DNA from: Rhodocyclales bacterium
GTDB lineage: Bacteria; Pseudomonadota; Gammaproteobacteria; Burkholderiales; Rhodocyclaceae
Length of the DNA: 64,000 bases
Assembly (NCBI GenBank): GCA_016235745.1
Contig: JACRJA010000071.1
Location: 21,913 to 85,912 of the forward strand
Direction of reading: 5' to 3'
The translations under genes and the position numbers were made by a program. This document shows, piece after piece, positions 60,810-64,000 of this stretch. Under the pieces are notes generated by a model. That model ran no database searches, was not told the origin of the DNA, and worked only from the letters and a program-made list of their open reading frames with translations. How positions within the stretch are numbered: position 1 is the stretch's first letter; each line of letters starts with the position of its first letter.

Positions 60810-62924
60810 ATGAGCGAACGGGAAACCCTGCTGGTCGAACTCGTCACCGAGGAACTGCCGCCCAAGGCGCTGCCGCGGCTGGGCGAATCTTTTGGGCGCG
60901 GCGTGCTCGAGCGCTTGCAGGCGCGGCGCCTGGCCGAGGCCGATGCTGCCTGGCGCTGGTTCGCCAGCCCCCGGCGGCTGGCGGTGCAGGTGCGCGACGT
61001 GCGCGAGCGTGCCGCAGACGAACCCCGGATCGAGCGCCTCATGCCCGTAGCGGTGGCGTTCGACGCTGCCGGCAAGCCCACGGCCGCGCTGGAAAAGCGC
61101 CTCGCCGCCAAGGGGCTTACGCCGCAGAGCGCCAAGCTCGAGCGCCGGCTCGACGGCAAGCAGGAGATGCTCTACCTGCATACGGTGGAGGCCGGCGCGC
61201 GGCTCGACGAGGTGCTCGCCGCGATCGTGGCCGAGGCGATCCGCGCCCTGCCCATCCCCAAGCTCATGCGCTGGGGTTCGGGCGAGGCGCAGTTCGTGCG
61301 TCCGGTGCATCGCCTGGTGCTGCTGCACGGCGCGCGCGTGGTGCCGGGGCGCGTGCTCGACCTGGACTCGGGCCGCGAGACGCTGGGGCATCGCTTCATG
61401 AGCCGCGGCGCGATCGAGCTCGCGCAGGCCGAGGCCTATGAGCCGACGCTGCGCGCCGAGGGCAAGGTCATCGCCGACTTCGCCGAGCGGCGCGCCGAGA
61501 TCGAGCGTCAGCTGCAGGAAAAGGCCCAAGCCGAAGGGGGCGTTCTCGGCGAGCATGCGGCGCTGCTCGACGAAGTGACCGCCCTCGTCGAGCATCCCAC
61601 CGTCTATGTCGGGCGCTTCGAGGAGGAATTCCTCGCCGTGCCGCCCGAGTGCCTCATCCTGACGATGCAGGCGAACCAGAAGTATTTCCCGTTGTTCGAT
61701 GCGCAGGGGCGACTGACGAACCGCTTCCTCATCGTCTCGAACATGCACCTGTCCGAGCCCAAGCGCCGCAACATCATCGAGGGCAACGAGCGGGTGGTGC
61801 GCCCGCGCCTGGCCGATGCGCGCTTCTTCTACGAGCAGGACCGCAAGGAACGGCTGGAAGCTCGGCTGCCGCGGCTGGAAGCCATTGTCTATCACAACCG
61901 TATTGGCACTTTGGGCGCGCGGGTCGCGCGGCTCGAAGCGCTCTGCGCCTGGCTCGCCGAGCGGCTGGCTGCCGACGTGGCGCTGGCGCAGCGCGCGGCC
62001 CGGCTCGCCAAGTGCGACCTCGTCACCCAGATGGTGGGCGAATTCCCCGAGTTGCAGGGCGTGATGGGGCGCTACTATGCGCTCGCCGACGGCGAGCCGG
62101 AAGCCGTAGCCGAGGCGATCGAGGACCACTACAAGCCGCGCTTCGCCGGCGATGCGCTGCCGCGCCGGCTCACGGGGAAAATCGTGGCGCTCGCCGAGCG
62201 GCTCGATGCGCTTGCCGGGCTCTTTGCCATCGGCGAGATCCCCACCGGCGAGAAAGACCCCTATGGTCTGCGCCGCGCCGCGCTGGGGGTGCTGCGCATC
62301 GTCCTCGAAACGCCGTTGCCGCTCGAGCTCGACGCGGCGATCGAGCGCGCGCTCGCCGAGCAGCCTCCGGCGGTGCGGGCCCAAGCCCCGGCCGACACCG
62401 CCGACAAACTGCGCCGTTTCTTCGACGAGCGCCTGCGCCATTGGCTGCGCGAAGCAGGGCATGCGCTCGACGCGATCGACGCGGTGCTCGCGCTGCGCCC
62501 GAGCCGCATCGACACGGTGCCGGCGCGGCTCGAGGCGGTGGCCGCCTTCCTCGAGGCGCCGGAAGCGCCCACACTCGCCGCGGCCAACAAACGCATCGCC
62601 AACCTGCTCAAGAAAGCGGGCGAGGAAGGCGCGGCGCACGTCGACGTGGCGCTTTTCGCCGAGCCCGAGGAGAAGTCGCTCTTCGAGAAGATGCACGCCG
62701 TGGCCCCCTACGTCGCTTCGCACCTGGAAAACGAGGCCTACGCCCAGGCGCTCCGCACGCTGGTGGCCCTGGCCGCGCCGGTGGACGCCTTCTTCGATCG
62801 CGTGATGGTGCTGTGCGACGAGCCGCTCTTGCGCGCCAACCGCCTGGCGTTGCTGCGCGAGCTGTGGCGGCTCATGAATCAGGTGGCCGACCTGTCGGTG
62901 CTCGCGCGCGAGGCCGGCGGCTAA
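60810..62924 (+). CDS. glyS: glycine--tRNA ligase beta subunit
   Basis: 704-aa ORF beginning [24 protein letters not shown]…, the characteristic GlyS N-terminus. Confidence 0.9.
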   Translation: MSERETLLVELVTEELPPKALPRLGESFGRGVLERLQARRLAEADAAWRWFASPRRLAVQVRDVRERAADEPRIERLMPVAVAFDAAGKPTAALEKRLAAKGLTPQSAKLERRLDGKQEMLYLHTVEAGARLDEVLAAIVAEAIRALPIPKLMRWGSGEAQFVRPVHRLVLLHGARVVPGRVLDLDSGRETLGHRFMSRGAIELAQAEAYEPTLRAEGKVIADFAERRAEIERQLQEKAQAEGGVLGEHAALLDEVTALVEHPTVYVGRFEEEFLAVPPECLILTMQANQKYFPLFDAQGRLTNRFLIVSNMHLSEPKRRNIIEGNERVVRPRLADARFFYEQDRKERLEARLPRLEAIVYHNRIGTLGARVARLEALCAWLAERLAADVALAQRAARLAKCDLVTQMVGEFPELQGVMGRYYALADGEPEAVAEAIEDHYKPRFAGDALPRRLTGKIVALAERLDALAGLFAIGEIPTGEKDPYGLRRAALGVLRIVLETPLPLELDAAIERALAEQPPAVRAQAPADTADKLRRFFDERLRHWLREAGHALDAIDAVLALRPSRIDTVPARLEAVAAFLEAPEAPTLAAANKRIANLLKKAGEEGAAHVDVALFAEPEEKSLFEKMHAVAPYVASHLENEAYAQALRTLVALAAPVDAFFDRVMVLCDEPLLRANRLALLRELWRLMNQVADLSVLAREAGG

Positions 62925-62934
62925 GGGGGCGGGG

Positions 62935-63474
62935 ATGAAGCTCATCGTGCTGGATCGCGACGGGGTGATCAACGAGCATTCGGAGCAGTTCGTCAAGAGC
63001 CCGGAGGAATGGATCCCCCTTCCCGGTTCGCTCGAGGCGATCGCTCTGCTCACCCACTGGGGCTGGCGCGTGGTGATCGCCACCAACCAGTCGGCGATCG
63101 GTCGCGGCCTCATCGGCATGGATACCTTGAACGCGATCCACGAGACCATGCTGCGGCGCCTGGCCGAGGTCGGCGGGCGCATCCACGCCATCTTCTTCTG
63201 TCCGCACGCCGAGGCGGAAAACTGCGCCTGCCGCAAGCCCAAGCCGGGAATGCTGCTCGAAATCGGCCAGCGCTTCGGCGTCGATCTGAGCAAAGTGCCG
63301 GCGGTGGGCGACGGCATCCGCGACATCCAGGCGGCGGTGGCCGCCGGCTGCCGCCCGTGGCTGGTGCTCAGCGGCAAGGGGCGACAGACGTTGGCAAGCG
63401 GCCTGCTGCCGGAGAACGTGACCATCGCCGAGGATCTGGCCGAAGTCGCCCGCCGGCTCACGGAGGCGCCATGA
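62935..63474 (+). CDS. gmhB: D-glycero-beta-D-manno-heptose 1,7-bisphosphate 7-phosphatase
   Basis: 179-aa HAD phosphatase with DRDGVIN, the Zn-binding CPH…C.CRKPKPGM and VGDGIRD. The glyS-gmhB-plsC order is common. Confidence 0.85.
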   Translation: MKLIVLDRDGVINEHSEQFVKSPEEWIPLPGSLEAIALLTHWGWRVVIATNQSAIGRGLIGMDTLNAIHETMLRRLAEVGGRIHAIFFCPHAEAENCACRKPKPGMLLEIGQRFGVDLSKVPAVGDGIRDIQAAVAAGCRPWLVLSGKGRQTLASGLLPENVTIAEDLAEVARRLTEAP

Positions 63475-64000
63475 GGCCTCGCCGCGCGCCGCTCTCGGCC
63501 TGGATCCGCTCGATCCTCTTCGTCGTGCTCATGACGCTCGTCACCGTGCCCTATTCGCTGGTGACGGTCGCCGTGCGCCCCCTGCCGCCGCTGCCGCGCC
63601 ATCGCATCGTCAGTTTCTGGGCGAAGATCACCGCCTTCCTCATCTGGCACGTGCTCGCCATCCGCTGGCGGGTGGAGGGGCGCGAGCACATCCCTGCGCA
63701 GCCCTGCGTCTTTCTCGCCAAGCATCAGTCGGCCTGGGAGACGCTGGTGCTGGAGGCGATCCTGCCGCGGCTCGTCTTCGTGCTGAAAAAGGAGTTGCTG
63801 CGCATCCCCTTCATCGGCTGGGGGCTGGGGAGCTGCTCGATGATCGCCATCGACCGCAACGACCGGCGCGGCGCGCTGCAGCAGGTGATCGAGCAGGGCA
63901 AGGAACGGCTCGCGCAAGGTTTTTCGGTGCTCATCTTCCCCGAAGGCACCCGGGTGGCGCCGGGGCACACGCGGCGCTACCTCGCCGGCGGGGCGGCGCT
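63471..64000 (+). CDS. plsC: 1-acyl-sn-glycerol-3-phosphate acyltransferase (N-terminal part; continues beyond window)
   Basis: The ATG overlaps the gmhB stop. My translation is MRPRRAPLSAWIRSILFVVLMTL…FLAKHQSAWETLV…LIFPEGTR, carrying acyltransferase blocks I and III. The frame is open at the window edge. Confidence 0.8.
   Translation, partial: MRPRRAPLSAWIRSILFVVLMTLVTVPYSLVTVAVRPLPPLPRHRIVSFWAKITAFLIWHVLAIRWRVEGREHIPAQPCVFLAKHQSAWETLVLEAILPRLVFVLKKELLRIPFIGWGLGSCSMIAIDRNDRRGALQQVIEQGKERLAQGFSVLIFPEGTRVAPGHTRRYLAGGAA

Noticed and set aside
60741-63968. 1075-aa ORF on the minus strand spanning glyS, gmhB and plsC.
   Set aside because: It is antisense to three independently recognisable genes, and its product is R/G/H/E/A-rich with no motifs. 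It is a composition artefact.

Overview
High-GC chromosomal segment, proteobacterial and beta/gamma-like in gene content (taxon cannot be fixed without a search), densely packed with recognisable genes. In order: ectA-ectB (ectoine) behind a very AT-rich upstream region; a ClC channel; an enoyl-CoA hydratase / ADP-forming acyl-CoA synthetase / TAXI-TRAP module; tRNA-Leu; rnr-rlmB; a large MscK-like channel; tRNA-Thr; class I fumarase; acs; rpmB-rpmG; a GtrA / ArnT-like / GT2 / YdjC-deacetylase envelope-modification cluster; a low-GC mazEF islet with a decayed cupin gene; the full System I cytochrome c maturation operon ccmABCDEFGHI; an MCP; alr; cytochrome c peroxidase; ubiU-ubiV-ubiT with an FNR-type box; a purine permease; a secreted nuclease; a heat-shock / protein-quality-control cluster (HtrA-like protease, three tandem Hsp20 genes, cbpA-cbpM, an FtsH-like protease); feoA-feoA-feoB-feoC with a Fur box; radC; coaBC-dut; glyQ and glyS; gmhB; plsC. 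The most unusual item is an intact solo TnpB (RNA-guided nuclease, IS200/IS605 family) sitting exactly between glyQ and glyS, with a structured 3' region that could be an omega-RNA whose guide would come from the glyS start. Also notable are two ~142-bp MITE-like repeats in inverted orientation bracketing ubiTUV plus the permease. The many long ORFs antisense to real genes are GC-composition artefacts. No CRISPR array or rRNA was seen.
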